This document shows, piece after piece, positions 38,136-50,481 of a DNA stretch of 64,000 nt. Origin of the DNA: Myxococcota bacterium (GTDB lineage: Bacteria; Myxococcota_A; UBA796; UBA2385); assembly GCA_044344255.1 (NCBI GenBank), contig JBIJDH010000027.1, positions 24,630-88,629 of the forward strand. Direction: 5' to 3'. A program made the translations under genes and the position numbers. The notes under the pieces were generated by a model. It was not told where the DNA came from and did no database searches. It saw only the letters and a list, made by a program, of their open reading frames with translations. The stretch's first letter is position 1; each line of letters starts with the position of its first letter.

Positions 38136-38797
38136 CGCGCACCCCCGCTCGGGTCTATCAGGGCCAGTCGATTGGGGATCACGGCGCGCTGCATCCAGTG
38201 CTGGTCGGTCTGGACGTGGCCGGGGCGCACCCACTTGGCGACGTGCTGGTCGAAGTCCTCATAGGCGAACCCTGCGGTGGTGCGCACGACCAGCCCCTCC
38301 TCCCGCCCGAGATCGAGAGACTGGCACAGCGCTCTCAGTCCCGCCTCGGTCCAGGGGCCCCGATAGAGCTCCCGCACCAGGTGCAGGCCGAGCAGCGCCG
38401 CCCACTCCCGGGTGTCATCCCAGGCGAGGCAGCGGTTCTGTGCGTCCCAGACGCTGAAGAGGAGAAAGTAGCTCGGCAGCGCATCATAGCCCAGCGAGTG
38501 CCGCGCGAAGAGGTTTTCGCCGCAGAGCCGCCAGCCCGGCGGGATGTCGGGGCCAAGCTGCGCGGCCAGGGCCTTCACCCAGGCGCGGCTCGGGTGGTGG
38601 GCGGAGTCCACCGAGCGGGCGTGGACACCGTCGGGGTGGATGGTGGTGTTCTCACCATCCATCTTCTCGGTGACCACCACCTCGCCTCCCTGGAGGGCGC
38701 GCGAGGGCGTGGTGACGAGGTCATCCGCCGCGCGGCCGGGCGACCAGGGCAGGTGCGGCGTGCGCGGGTACTTGGGGCGGGTCATGGGAGAGGCCAT
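38132..38797 (-). CDS. ATP-dependent RNA ligase (minimal nucleotidyltransferase domain)
   Basis: KYPRTPHLPWSPG, motif I TEKMDGEN, LCGE, EGLVVR, AKWVR. Confidence 0.88.
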   Translation of the reverse strand: MASPMTRPKYPRTPHLPWSPGRAADDLVTTPSRALQGGEVVVTEKMDGENTTIHPDGVHARSVDSAHHPSRAWVKALAAQLGPDIPPGWRLCGENLFARHSLGYDALPSYFLLFSVWDAQNRCLAWDDTREWAALLGLHLVRELYRGPWTEAGLRALCQSLDLGREEGLVVRTTAGFAYEDFDQHVAKWVRPGHVQTDQHWMQRAVIPNRLALIDPSGGAR

Positions 38798-38912
38798 CGG
38801 CGCCTTCGGGGCGCGGCACGGGGCGAAGGATGGAACACATACTATCGCCCATTCTCGAGCCCCGACCCACCGGCCGCGGCTCCCTGTCGGTGCGCCCTGT
38901 CAGTGCTCTCTG

Positions 38913-40244
38913 TCAGTGCGCCGCGACGTAGGCGCGCACCTGCGCCGGGCGGTCGAGGAGCCACTGCTCGAAGCAGGCCGACTTCTTGTCGAAGGTCTCG
39001 ACGCCCCAGGGCCAGCGGGGGTCGGCCTCCACGGAGGGCCGGAGGCGGGCGGCGGTCTCGGCCGCGTACGCAGCGAGGCCCTCCGCCTCGATGAGGTCGG
39101 CCAGGAGGCTCATCTCGGCGCGGACGTCGGCCCAACAGGCGGCGTTGCCGCGGCACCAGACCGCGAGGTAGGCGCCCGGATCCCGCGTGAGGTTGTCAAA
39201 GTACCCGGGCTCGCAGGGGCGGTCTTCGTCGGGGGGGTAGCTGTAGCTGAACGTGGAGTCTGCCCCCCAGGGGGACAGGCTCACCTGGTCCGTCGTCGGG
39301 TCGTGATAGACGTAGTAGTTATTCCGGTTGTATCCGTAGCTGTCGGAGTGGTTGACCACCCGCTCGAGGGCGAAATATCGGGTGAGCCGCTCCCAGTCGA
39401 AGTGCGCGCGGATCTCCGCCTCCGAGCCCGAGGCCGCGGCCGCGCAGGCTCGGCTGAGGCCGCTCGGATCTGCCGCCGCGCCCTCTTCTTGCAGGGGGTA
39501 CATCGAGCAGTCGAGCTGAAAGTCACAGGAGCGGCACATCTCCCACAGGGTCCCCTCTGTGTCGGGGTAGGCGGAGTCGATGAAGCCATCGTCCATCGCC
39601 TCGACGATCGTGTACAGACCGTATAGCTCCCCGTTGAAGGAGACGTTGGCGTAGCCCGTGCGGGGCGCCGGGTTGCCCGAGAGCCGCCAGGCCCGGTAGG
39701 CCAAGGTCTCGGCCATCATCGAGCCGTCCCAGTAGTTGCTGTCGAGCGTGAGGCGCTCGAGGCCGTAGAAGCGCAGCTCCGGCTCGTACTCGTTGAAGCG
39801 CACCTTCCAGGCGGGTCGCCCGTCGAGCCACTGATAGGTGGAATTGCCCTTGAGGCGCACCCCGACCGGCTCGTACCGGCGCCCGTTGTAGACGAAGGCC
39901 CCCGAGACGTACTCGGTGGGGGCCAGCGCCAAGGCGTCGATGGCCGCGGCGTCGAGCTCGATGCCGAATTCGAAGACCTCGGCGTCGGTGAACACCGTGG
40001 GGCCCTCGCCGAGGGCGCTCAGCGGCTCGTCTTCGGGCGGCGGGCCGCCGTCGGCGCCCCCACCATCTCCATCGCCGCCGTCATCGCCGTCGCCGCCGTC
40101 TTCGCCGTCGCCGCCGTCCGCCAGACCGGGCTCGACGCCGGGGACGCGGCCCGCGACGCTCGGAGCGGGGGAGCAGGCGACGAGCCCGAGGCCGGCGAAG
40201 CCGACGCCGAAGAGACAGGGCGCCCGCAGGCCGAAGAGGCTCAC
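38913..40244 (-). CDS. CotH-family kinase lipoprotein
   Basis: VGVRLKGNST, APRTGYA, GLYTIVE, HSDSY..NNYY, PWGAD; LVAC lipobox; GTG start coupled to the upstream stop. Confidence 0.82.
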   Translation of the reverse strand: MSLFGLRAPCLFGVGFAGLGLVACSPAPSVAGRVPGVEPGLADGGDGEDGGDGDDGGDGDGGGADGGPPPEDEPLSALGEGPTVFTDAEVFEFGIELDAAAIDALALAPTEYVSGAFVYNGRRYEPVGVRLKGNSTYQWLDGRPAWKVRFNEYEPELRFYGLERLTLDSNYWDGSMMAETLAYRAWRLSGNPAPRTGYANVSFNGELYGLYTIVEAMDDGFIDSAYPDTEGTLWEMCRSCDFQLDCSMYPLQEEGAAADPSGLSRACAAAASGSEAEIRAHFDWERLTRYFALERVVNHSDSYGYNRNNYYVYHDPTTDQVSLSPWGADSTFSYSYPPDEDRPCEPGYFDNLTRDPGAYLAVWCRGNAACWADVRAEMSLLADLIEAEGLAAYAAETAARLRPSVEADPRWPWGVETFDKKSACFEQWLLDRPAQVRAYVAAH

Positions 40245-40852
40245 GGGGCGGCCACCGCCGCCGCGCGGACCGACACGAGCGGCCCACCATCGACGGAGAA
40301 GGGCTGGTCTCCGAGCACGTAGCGGCCAAGCGGCAGGAGGCCGCGGTACTCCCCCTCGGCCTTGATCCCGACGCGGGCGGCCTCGATGGTGTTCCGCCAC
40401 TCGGGCTCCATCGGCATGTCGAGCGCGACCAGCTCGACAACCCCGCCGCCCTCCACCTTCAGAGAGACCTCCCCGGCGTAGGCGAGGATGCGGGCGGACC
40501 AGTCCAGCACCGCGTCCGTCGGGTCGATCGCGGCGGCGCGCTGCAGGCGCAGCCAGGCCTCGGAGGGGCGACCGAGGGCCTCGGCGGCCAGGGCGCCGGT
40601 CCAGTGGTCCTGAAAGGTAGGGGCCCCGCCGGGGAGGGCGACGAGGCGCCGATAGGTGCCGTCCACCCCGGCCCAGTGATTGCGGACCAGCAGGTCACGG
40701 AGCTCCCGCTCCAGGCGCTCTTGCTCCGCCGCCACGGGCGCGTGCGGGACGCAGCCCACGGGGGACATGGCCATCACGGCGACGAGCAGCCCGCCGAGGG
40801 CGAAGCGCCACAGGGATCGGTCGCCGGCGCGCGAGATCGGGTCGGAGGTCAT
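40241..40852 (-). CDS. Hypothetical lipoprotein with TPR-like helices
   Basis: Hydrophobic signal then VGC; ATG at 40852. Confidence 0.65.
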   Translation of the reverse strand: MTSDPISRAGDRSLWRFALGGLLVAVMAMSPVGCVPHAPVAAEQERLERELRDLLVRNHWAGVDGTYRRLVALPGGAPTFQDHWTGALAAEALGRPSEAWLRLQRAAAIDPTDAVLDWSARILAYAGEVSLKVEGGGVVELVALDMPMEPEWRNTIEAARVGIKAEGEYRGLLPLGRYVLGDQPFSVDGGPLVSVRAAAVAAP

Positions 40853-40936
40853 GCGCGAGAGGTTAACCGGAGCCCGCCGGGGCCGGCGCGCTGAGCGCCC
40901 CTCCCCGCGGACCACCTGAACGGGCCCGGAGCCCCC

Positions 40937-41461
40937 ATGCGCCTCTACGCGGTCGATCCCGAGCAGCTCCACGTCATCTTCGGCTGCGGAGATGCAGACC
41001 TCACCGATGACCTCGACGCCTGGATCGGCGAGGCCCTCACGCCGGAGGCCCTCGAGACGCTCCGCCCGCTCGTCCACAAGCTGGTGGATGGCGAGCCCGT
41101 CCAGAGCGCCGCCCCCGACGACCTCCTCGGCGCCGTCGAGCTGCTCGTCCACCACATCGGCGACGACCTCGAGATGGAGCCCTTCGTCGATCGGGACGCC
41201 ACCTGGCTGGACCGCCTCGACGCCGCCCTCCCCGAGGTCGGCCTCCGGCTGGCCAGCCTCACGGCCTGGTCGCCCGTCCTGCCCGCCACCATCCCCGGGC
41301 TCGGCGGATGGTCCGCAGAGCAGATCGATCGCGCCGCCCGGGTCTGGCCGAAGCGAAGGAAGAAGGCAGAAGACCCTGAGATCGAGGCCGCCATCGAGCA
41401 GCTCCACGAGTGGCTGCTCGACGCCGCCGAGAACGGTGACTGCATCGTCGCCTTCCCCTGA
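40937..41461 (+). CDS. Hypothetical acidic protein
   Basis: GGAG RBS, typical codon usage, fills the intergenic space. Confidence 0.7.
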   Translation: MRLYAVDPEQLHVIFGCGDADLTDDLDAWIGEALTPEALETLRPLVHKLVDGEPVQSAAPDDLLGAVELLVHHIGDDLEMEPFVDRDATWLDRLDAALPEVGLRLASLTAWSPVLPATIPGLGGWSAEQIDRAARVWPKRRKKAEDPEIEAAIEQLHEWLLDAAENGDCIVAFP

Positions 41462-41470
41462 GCGGGGGCC

Positions 41471-42424
41471 TCAGCGCATGACCTCGATGGACTCGACGGG
41501 CTCGACGGGCTCGGGCTTGTCGCCGTTCGGACAGCGCTCCCAGGGCGGCGTGGGCGTGAAGCGCTCGACCGCGAGGTCGACGAAGGCGCGCACCTTGGCC
41601 GGCGGGTGGGTGGTCGGCGGGTACACCGCGTAGACCCCGCCCGACGGCTCGACGTGCTCAACCAGCAGCGACTCCAGCCGCCCCGCGTTTAAGTCGGGCC
41701 CGCAGATGAAGAGCGGGAGGTAGGCCACGCCGAGCCCCAGCACGGCCGCCGACCGCAGCGTGTCACCGTTGTTCGAGGACAGGCGCCCCGACAGCGTCAC
41801 GACGTGGTTCCCCTTCAGTCGCCAGCCCGCCCCGGTGGCCTCGTAGGTGTAGAGCAGGCCGTCCATGCGCTCGAGCTCGGCGAGGGAGGAGGGCCGCCCG
41901 ACCCGATCGAGGTAGGCCGGGGCCGCGACCAGGGCTCGCCGGAGGGCGCCGAGCTTGCGGGCGACGAGGGAGGAGTCCGCGAGCCGGCCGACGCGGATGG
42001 CGACGTCGAAGCCGTCCTCGACGAGATCGACGAGGCGATCCGAGAGCGCGAGATCGACCCGCACGTCGGGGTAGCGGGCGAGGTAGGCCGCGACGAGATC
42101 GCCCACGAAGAGCTGGCCAAAGGTGAGCGGCGCGCTGACGCGGAGGGTGCCCCGCGGCGCCTCGTGCAGGTGAGTGACCGCCCGCTCCGCCTCCTCCAGG
42201 TCGGAGATCACCCGCGCGCAGCGGGAGTGAAAGGCCGCGCCCGCCTCGGTGAGGTGGATGCTCCGCGTGGTGCGGTGCAGGAGCCGCGCCCCCAGTCGCT
42301 CTTCCAGGGCCGAGACCTGGCGGCTGACGGTTGACTTGGGGAGGCCGAGCGAGCGGGCGGCGCTCGTGAAGCTCCCCTCCTCCACCACCTTCACGAAGGC
42401 GATCATCCCGGAGAGCTGGTCCAT
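41471..42424 (-). CDS. LysR-family transcriptional regulator (CrgA/DmlR-like)
   Basis: FVKVVEEGSFTSAAR...SRQVSALEERLGARLLHRTTR; DLVEDGFDVAIR. Confidence 0.95.
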   Translation of the reverse strand: MDQLSGMIAFVKVVEEGSFTSAARSLGLPKSTVSRQVSALEERLGARLLHRTTRSIHLTEAGAAFHSRCARVISDLEEAERAVTHLHEAPRGTLRVSAPLTFGQLFVGDLVAAYLARYPDVRVDLALSDRLVDLVEDGFDVAIRVGRLADSSLVARKLGALRRALVAAPAYLDRVGRPSSLAELERMDGLLYTYEATGAGWRLKGNHVVTLSGRLSSNNGDTLRSAAVLGLGVAYLPLFICGPDLNAGRLESLLVEHVEPSGGVYAVYPPTTHPPAKVRAFVDLAVERFTPTPPWERCPNGDKPEPVEPVESIEVMR

Positions 42425-42452
42425 CGGTCCACCTGCCTCAAAGGCCCCGCCC

Positions 42453-45397
42453 TTAGCGCGACGGTGGGGGCTGTCCCAGCCGCGCGGTCGCGGCGGCGAT
42501 CTCTCTCCCGAGCTCGGAGTCGGGCCCGAGCCCCTTCTCGGCGGCCTGCGCCACCGCGCGCGCGAGGGCCTCCTCCGCCGCCTCGACCTGCCCGAGGGCG
42601 AGGCGCACCTCCGCCAGCGCGGCCTCCGAGCGGGCGGCCTCGACCGGATCACCGAGCTCCTCGTGCACCGCGATCGAGTCCTGCAGGATGAGGGCGGCGG
42701 TCGCCGGATCCCCGAGCCGGGCCTCGAGGCGGGCGAGGTCGCGCCGCGTCGAGGCCGCCCCGCGCCGGTTGCCGATGCCAGCGAGCACGGCGCAGCCCTC
42801 CCGGAGCAGGGCGCGCGCCACCTCGAGCTCCCCCTCCTCGGCGCGAAAGGTGCCGAGGTTGGCGAGGGCGATGCCGGTGAGGCGCCGATCCCCGATGCGG
42901 CGGGCGAGGGCCAGGGCCTGCGCGGTGGCCTCCGCGCCCTGCTTCACGGCGCCCTCATGAAAGCGCAGCACCCCGAGGTTGAGCAGCGCGTAGCCCTCAT
43001 CGCGGAGGTTCCCCACGGACCGGTGGAGGTCGGTGGCCAGGGCGAGGTGCTCGGCGGCCAGCGCGTGCCGCCCCTCGGCGATGTCGATGACCGCGAGGTT
43101 GCCGAGCAGCAGCCCCAGGAGCTCCTGATCGCCCAGCGCCTGACAGCGGCGGAGCGCGCCCTCGGCCCGCCGGCGGGCGGCCTCAGCCTCCCCGCGGTCG
43201 CCCAGGATCTTGACCAGCGAGACCTCGACGATCGCGATCAGGCGGGCCTCCCCGACCGCGTCCGCCAAGGCCTCGGCCCGCTCGGCCTGGAGGGAGGCCT
43301 CCTCGAGCGCGCCCCGCTGCTGGGCCACCGCCGAGGCGGCGTAGCGCATCCAGGCCTCGAGCCTGCGATCGCCGAGGCCGATCGCGATCTCCAGGCCGGC
43401 CTCGGCCCGCGCTTCGGCGAGGGCGAGCTCGCCGTGCTCGCGGGCGACGATGCTCTCCACGCGCAGCAGCCAGGCCCGGTCGCGATCTTCGACGGTAGAC
43501 AGCGCGCCGACAGCAGCGGCGAGCCTGCCCACCGGCGGTCGCGGGCCCCGGAGCTCCGCCACGGTCCAGGCGGCGCGCACCGCCCCCACCGCCACCGCGG
43601 CGTCTCCGCGCTCCAGCGCGCGCTCGGCGGCCAGCACCATGTCGGCGAACCACTCGACGAGGGAGCGGCGGCGAGCCTGCTCCGCGGCGTCGTGGGGCAC
43701 CGAGGACGAGCGGCCCATCGCCGCGAACCAGCGCCCGTGCCGCTCCTCCAGCGCCCGCCGCACCCCCTCCCCGCTCCAGCCCGGCAGCGAGGCCGGATCG
43801 ACGAGGCGGCGCCGCGCGAGGCCGGCCACGGGCGCGGGGAGCCCGAAGCGGAGCGCGTCCTCCGCGGGGCGCTCGACGCTGGTGACGAGGCTGTGGCGCA
43901 GCAGATCGTCGAGGAGGGCCCAGACCTGTCGCCCACCGAGCACCGCGTCATCGGCGAGCACCCGCTCGAGCGCCACGAGCGGCACCGGCGCGGCGAAGGT
44001 CGACAGAGCCATCAGCGCCGCCCGCTGCGGAGGCTGGAGCAGGCTCCACGTCCAGTCGAGGGCCGCCTCCATCGGGTCCTGCTCGGCGGCGGCCTCGAGG
44101 CGGCGACAGAGCTCCGCCGCCGAGGCCTCGGCCACCCGCGCGGCGGCGAGCTCGACAGCCTGCGGCAGGCCGTGGAGCCGCGCCACCAGCGCCTCGACCG
44201 CCTCGGGGTCGAGGGAGACCCCCGGCGCGCAGGCGAGGGCCCGGCTCTCATAGAGCGCCCGCGCCTCGCTCTGCGCACCGGGCTCCACCCCGCCGACAGA
44301 CAGCGGGGGCACCGCGACGACCTGCTCTCCGGGGAGCCCCGTCGCGACGCGCGAGGTGAGCAGGAAGCGCGCCTCGGGGGCGAGCGGCAGCCAGGTCGCG
44401 AGGCTGGCTGACGCGGAGGGCGCCGCCGCCTCAAAGCCGTCGAGGAGCAGCAAGGAGGGGCCCATCGCCTGCAGCGCGAAGCCGATCTGGGTGACGTTGT
44501 CCCGCCCGGAGAGCGGCAGGTCGAGCACCCGCGCGATGGCGCCGGCCACCCCCTCCGGGCCGGCGGCGCCTCGACAGGGCACGAGCCAGACCCCGCCGGG
44601 GTACTCCCGCTGACGGACCCAGGCGAGGCGCCGCGCGAAGCGGGACTTGCCCACGCCCCCTGGGCCGACGAGGCTGAGGCAGGCGGCGCCCTGATCGAGC
44701 AAGGCCTCGGCGCGGAGGAGCAGCTCCTCCCGACCGAAGAAGGGGTCGAGCTCGGGCGGGAGGTTGTTCGGGACGCGCTCGACCGGGATCCAGAGCGCGC
44801 CGCGGCGGACCACCGGCCAGGCGCGGGCCGAGGGCGGGAGGCCCCGCGGCAGCCCCCCCTCCAGGGTGAGCTCGAAGAGCTCGACCGGGGCGGCGAGCCC
44901 TCGGAGGCGGTGCGGCCCGAGGGCGTGGACCGCCGCGGCCGCCGGGAGGGTGCCCACCCCGGCGGGCCCGCCGGGCGCCCGGGGGTCGACCGTGGAGAGG
45001 GTCTGGCCGCCTCGTCCGAGGGCGAGCAGCGCGCCGGCCAGCTCCTTCCCGGGCCCCTCGACGCGGATCGGCTTCGCGGTCGAGCCGGGCTCCTCGCGCA
45101 CCCGGACCGCGCCGCGGTGCAGGACCACCCGGGCGGCGAAGGGCACCCCCTCCTGCGCCGCCAGCCGAGAGAGGCCGTCGTGGAGGTCGGCGGCGAAGCC
45201 CGCGGCCGAGGCGGCAGCGGGGAAGAGCAACACGAAGCCGTCGGTGCGATCGACCTCGCGGCCACCCCATCGCTCGAGGAGCCGGCGCGCCAGCCGATCG
45301 TGCTCGACCCAGAGCGCGGCCATCCGGGCGTCGCCGAGCCGGGTGGTGAGCGAGGTGCTCTCGACCACGTCCGTCAGCAGCAGCACCGCCTCGCGGG

Positions 45398-45404
<7 letters not shown>
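42453..45404 (-). CDS. Class III nucleotide cyclase-like domain + STAND ATPase + TPR protein
   Basis: LLLTDVVEST, DRTDG; NNLP...FFGRE, Walker A GPGGVGKS, Walker B LLLLDGFE, TSR, GLPQAVELAA; C-terminal TPRs. Confidence 0.88.
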
Positions 45405-46591
<1,187 letters not shown>

Positions 46592-46657
46592 CGTCCCCGT
46601 GGCGCGGCTCTCGCCGACGATCTCATTGAGGAGGTTCTCATAGAGACGGAGGCGATC

Positions 46658-49162
46658 CTACCGCGTTCGCGGCCGGAACAGACGACCGATCAACTTAGCC
46701 AGCTCCAGCAAGGTGACCGGCACGAGGCCGAGGCCGAAGCAGGCCAGGATCGCCAGCGGGCTGAGCTCGGCGAGCCCGAAGAGGACACGCGCGGGCGGGA
46801 AGAGCAGCAGGCCCACCTGCACGACGCAGGATCCGACGACCACCCCGAGCAGGCGCTTGTTCGAGAAGATGCCCACCTCCCAGAGCACACGGTCAGGATC
46901 GCGGGCTGCGAAAGAACGGAACACCTCGCTCCACACGAGCGTACTGAAGGCGAGCGTCCGGGCGACGACCTCCCCTTCGCGGGACAAGGCCCACCCGAAG
47001 ACGCTGAGCACGACCGCGGCCTCGACGACGCCGATGCGGAGGATCAGGAGCCAGGCCGCCCGATCGAGCATCGGCCGAACCGGATCGCGAGGGGGCCGGT
47101 CGAGCACGGAGGCGCTGGGCGGATCGACCACCAGCGCGAGGGCGGGGAGGCCGTCTGTCACGAGGTTGATCCAGAGCAGATGAAGCGGCAAGAGCGGCGC
47201 CGGCAGGCCGAAGATCGCCGCCGACAGCATGATGATGAGCTCACCGGCGTTCCCGGAGAGCAGGTAGATCACCGTCTTTCGGATGTTGTCGTAGATCGCA
47301 CGACCCTCTCGGATCGCCGCCACGATGCTGGCGAAGTTGTCGTCGGTGAGGATGAGGTCCGCCGCCTCTCGGGTGACCTCGGCCCCCGTGCGCCCCATCG
47401 CGATGCCGATGTGCGCCTCTCGCAGCGCCGGGGCGTCATTGACCCCATCGCCGGTCATCGCCACCACGGCGCCGCGCTCCTTCCAGCCGCGCACGATGGC
47501 CAGCTTCTCTTCGGGGGTGACGCGGGCGTGCACCCGCTCCGCCGCAGGCTCCCCCTCACGGAGGATGCCGATCTCGCGAGCGATCGCGGCGGCGGTCACG
47601 GGGTGGTCGCCGGTGATCATCACGGTGGTGATCCCGGCGGAGCGGGCCTCGGCCACGGCGCGCACCGCCTCAGGGCGCGGCGGATCGGCCAGCCCGAGCA
47701 GGCCGACGAGCGTGAGCCCGCGCTCCTCCCCACCCTGGCCGCGGGCGAGGCCGAGCACGCGCAGGCCCCGCTCGGCCATGCCGAGGTGCGCCTCGTGGAC
47801 CCCTGCGGGAGGATCGACGCAGAGCGGGAGGAGCAGGTCGAGGGCGCCCTTCACGTAGAGCTGCCCGTCGGCCCGCAGCACGCTCATCCGCTTGCGGGTG
47901 GAGTCGAAGGGCAGCACCTGGACCCGCGGGTTCTCCGCCTCGACCTCGGCGCGGGCCAGCCCCTCCTCCGCCCCCGCCTTGAGGAGGGCGAGCTCGGTGG
48001 GATCTCCGCTCTGGCCGGCCAGATCGGCGTCGTTGCAGGCCACGCCTACGTAGAGGAGCGCGCGGAGGTCAGGCCCCCACTGCTCCCGGACAACCATCCG
48101 CCCCGTGGTGAGGGTGCCCGTCTTGTCGGTGCAGATGACGGTGGCCGAGCCGAGGGTCTCGACGGCGGGCAGGCGGCGCACCAGCACGTGCCGCTCGGCC
48201 ATCCGGCGGACCCCGAGCGCCAGCGCGAGGGTGACCACCGCCGGGAGCCCCTCGGGGACGGCGGCCACCGCCAGCGAGACCGCCGAGAGCAGCACCTCGA
48301 GCCAGCCCTGACCGCGGAGCAGCCCGAGGGCCCCCACCGCGGCGACGATGCCGAGGCAGATCTTGAGCAGGGTCGTGCTGGTCGCGGCCAGCTGCTTTTG
48401 GAGGGGCGTGCCATCATCCTGAGCGGAGGCCAGCAGGTGGGCGATGCGGCCGAGCTCGGTGCCCATCCCGGTCGCGCGCACCCGGGCGCTCCCCTGGCCG
48501 TTGGCCACCACGGTGCCCGCGAAGACCGTGTCCGTGCGCTCAGCGAGGGGGGCGTCCGCGGGGCAGGGCTCGGCGCTCTTGTCGACGGGCTGGCTCTCCC
48601 CGGTGAGCATCGCCTCCTGGGTGCGGAGCGCGTGAGCCTCGACCACCTGCGCGTCCGCGGCGACCACGTCGCCGGCCTCGAGGAGGAGGAGGTCGCCCGG
48701 CACCACCTCGCGGGCCGCGATCTGCACGGCGTGGCCGTCCCGCACCACCCTCGCTCGGGGCGCGGTCATGGCGCGGAGGGCGGTCACCGCCTGCTCGGCC
48801 CGGTACTCTTGAAAGAAGCCGACGAGCCCGTTCACCACCACGATCGTCGAGATCGCGATCGCGTCCACCACCTCCCCGAGGGCGAGCGCGACGGCGCAGG
48901 CCACACCGAGCAGCGCGATGAGGGGGCTCGCGAATTGTCGGACCAGCATCCGGAGGGGGCCCGGGCCCACCTCCCGCTGAATCTCATTGACACCCTCGGT
49001 CACCAGGAGGCGGGCCGCCTCCGCGCCCGACAGGCCGGTGACCCGCACGCCCGCGGGGGCGGGAGCGAGGGCGGCGGCGGCGACGGCGGCGGGAGCGGCG
49101 CCAGGAGCGGCGCCAGAAGGAGGAGCGGTGCTGCGCTCGGATCGGTCCGTAGGGTCAGTCAT
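46658..49162 (-). CDS. P-type cation-transporting ATPase (type IIA, Ca2+-ATPase-like)
   Basis: [39 protein letters not shown]. Confidence 0.95.
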   Translation of the reverse strand: MTDPTDRSERSTAPPSGAAPGAAPAAVAAAALAPAPAGVRVTGLSGAEAARLLVTEGVNEIQREVGPGPLRMLVRQFASPLIALLGVACAVALALGEVVDAIAISTIVVVNGLVGFFQEYRAEQAVTALRAMTAPRARVVRDGHAVQIAAREVVPGDLLLLEAGDVVAADAQVVEAHALRTQEAMLTGESQPVDKSAEPCPADAPLAERTDTVFAGTVVANGQGSARVRATGMGTELGRIAHLLASAQDDGTPLQKQLAATSTTLLKICLGIVAAVGALGLLRGQGWLEVLLSAVSLAVAAVPEGLPAVVTLALALGVRRMAERHVLVRRLPAVETLGSATVICTDKTGTLTTGRMVVREQWGPDLRALLYVGVACNDADLAGQSGDPTELALLKAGAEEGLARAEVEAENPRVQVLPFDSTRKRMSVLRADGQLYVKGALDLLLPLCVDPPAGVHEAHLGMAERGLRVLGLARGQGGEERGLTLVGLLGLADPPRPEAVRAVAEARSAGITTVMITGDHPVTAAAIAREIGILREGEPAAERVHARVTPEEKLAIVRGWKERGAVVAMTGDGVNDAPALREAHIGIAMGRTGAEVTREAADLILTDDNFASIVAAIREGRAIYDNIRKTVIYLLSGNAGELIIMLSAAIFGLPAPLLPLHLLWINLVTDGLPALALVVDPPSASVLDRPPRDPVRPMLDRAAWLLILRIGVVEAAVVLSVFGWALSREGEVVARTLAFSTLVWSEVFRSFAARDPDRVLWEVGIFSNKRLLGVVVGSCVVQVGLLLFPPARVLFGLAELSPLAILACFGLGLVPVTLLELAKLIGRLFRPRTR

Positions 49163-49269
49163 GAGACAATCCTTAGCAAGAACCGTTCCGACCTCGCCAC
49201 CGCCCCGGCGACGGGGTTTGGCGGTGCGAGCGATGGCGTTAGGGGGCACGACCGAGGTCCGAGCCCCCC

Positions 49270-50481
49270 ATGTCCGACACATCCCAGACGCCCCCCAGCA
49301 GCCGCTCCTCCGTCGGCGACGCCGCAATGCAAGCCGACGCCATCCTCGAGCCCGCGGCCTCACGTGTGCGCGATCCGGCCAGCGGTCGCAGCCTCTGGCT
49401 GGCCGGCTTGCTCTCGAAGGGGCGCATCGAGGGCGACACCCTCTCCTTCACGCTCAACCTGAGCCGCGCCCACTCTGTGGACGATCAGGCCCGTTTGCGC
49501 GAGGCGCTGCTCCGAAACATCGAGGGGGTGGGCTGGAAGGGGAAGGTCGTCTGCGACGTCGCCGTCGGCCCCGCCGCGGCCGAGCGCGGCCACAGCCATG
49601 ATCACGGTCACGGTCATGACCACGGCCCCGGCGGCGAGCCCGCCCGCCCCGCCGCCCCCAAGGCCGACGCCGTCAAGGGCATGAGCGGCCCCGGGATGCA
49701 GCCGCACGGCGGCCCGATCGAGAAGAAGCCGCTCGACGGCGTCCGCCACGTCATCGCCGTCGCCTCCGGCAAGGGCGGGGTGGGCAAGTCCACGGTGGCC
49801 ACCAACCTCGCCGTCGCGCTGCGCCGCCAGGGCTGGAGCGTCGGGCTGATGGACGCCGATATCTACGGCCCCAGCCTGCCGATGATGATGAACGTGCGCG
49901 GCAAGCCCTTCGCGAACAAACACAAGCGCATCATCCCGCTCGAGTCCTACGGCGTGAAGTGTATGTCCATCGGCTTCCTCGTCGATGACCGCGAGCCCGT
50001 GATCTGGCGCGGCCCGATGGTGATGGGGGTCGTGCGACAGTTCCTCCAAGACGTCGACTGGTCGGGCACCGACGTGCTCGTCATCGATCTCCCCCCGGGC
50101 ACCGGCGACGCCCAGCTCACCATGATCCAGGCAGTACAGCTCTCGGGTGCGGTCATCGTCACCACCCCGCAAGACGTCGCCGTGCTCGACGCCGTGCGCG
50201 GGGTGGAGATGTTCAAGAAGCTCGACGTCCCCATCCTCGGCATCGTCGAGAACATGTCCTGGCTCGACGTCCCGGGCTCCCCTCGGCTCTTCCCCTTCGG
50301 CAGCGGCGGCGGGCAGCGCACCGCCAACGAGTATGGCGTCCCCCTGCTCGCCCAAGTGCCGCTGAACGCGACGATCCGCGAGGGCGGCGACAAGGGCACC
50401 CCGGCGGCCCTGAACGACGATCCCGCAGGATCGGCCTTCTTCGCCGTCGCCTCCGCGGTGGCCAAGGTGCTGGCCCTCTGA
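49270..50481 (+). CDS. mrp: Mrp/ApbC (NBP35) Fe-S carrier ATPase
   Basis: SGKGGVGKST, DADIYGPS, WRGPM, DLPPGTGD, TTPQ, ENMS. Confidence 0.93.
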   Translation: MSDTSQTPPSSRSSVGDAAMQADAILEPAASRVRDPASGRSLWLAGLLSKGRIEGDTLSFTLNLSRAHSVDDQARLREALLRNIEGVGWKGKVVCDVAVGPAAAERGHSHDHGHGHDHGPGGEPARPAAPKADAVKGMSGPGMQPHGGPIEKKPLDGVRHVIAVASGKGGVGKSTVATNLAVALRRQGWSVGLMDADIYGPSLPMMMNVRGKPFANKHKRIIPLESYGVKCMSIGFLVDDREPVIWRGPMVMGVVRQFLQDVDWSGTDVLVIDLPPGTGDAQLTMIQAVQLSGAVIVTTPQDVAVLDAVRGVEMFKKLDVPILGIVENMSWLDVPGSPRLFPFGSGGGQRTANEYGVPLLAQVPLNATIREGGDKGTPAALNDDPAGSAFFAVASAVAKVLAL

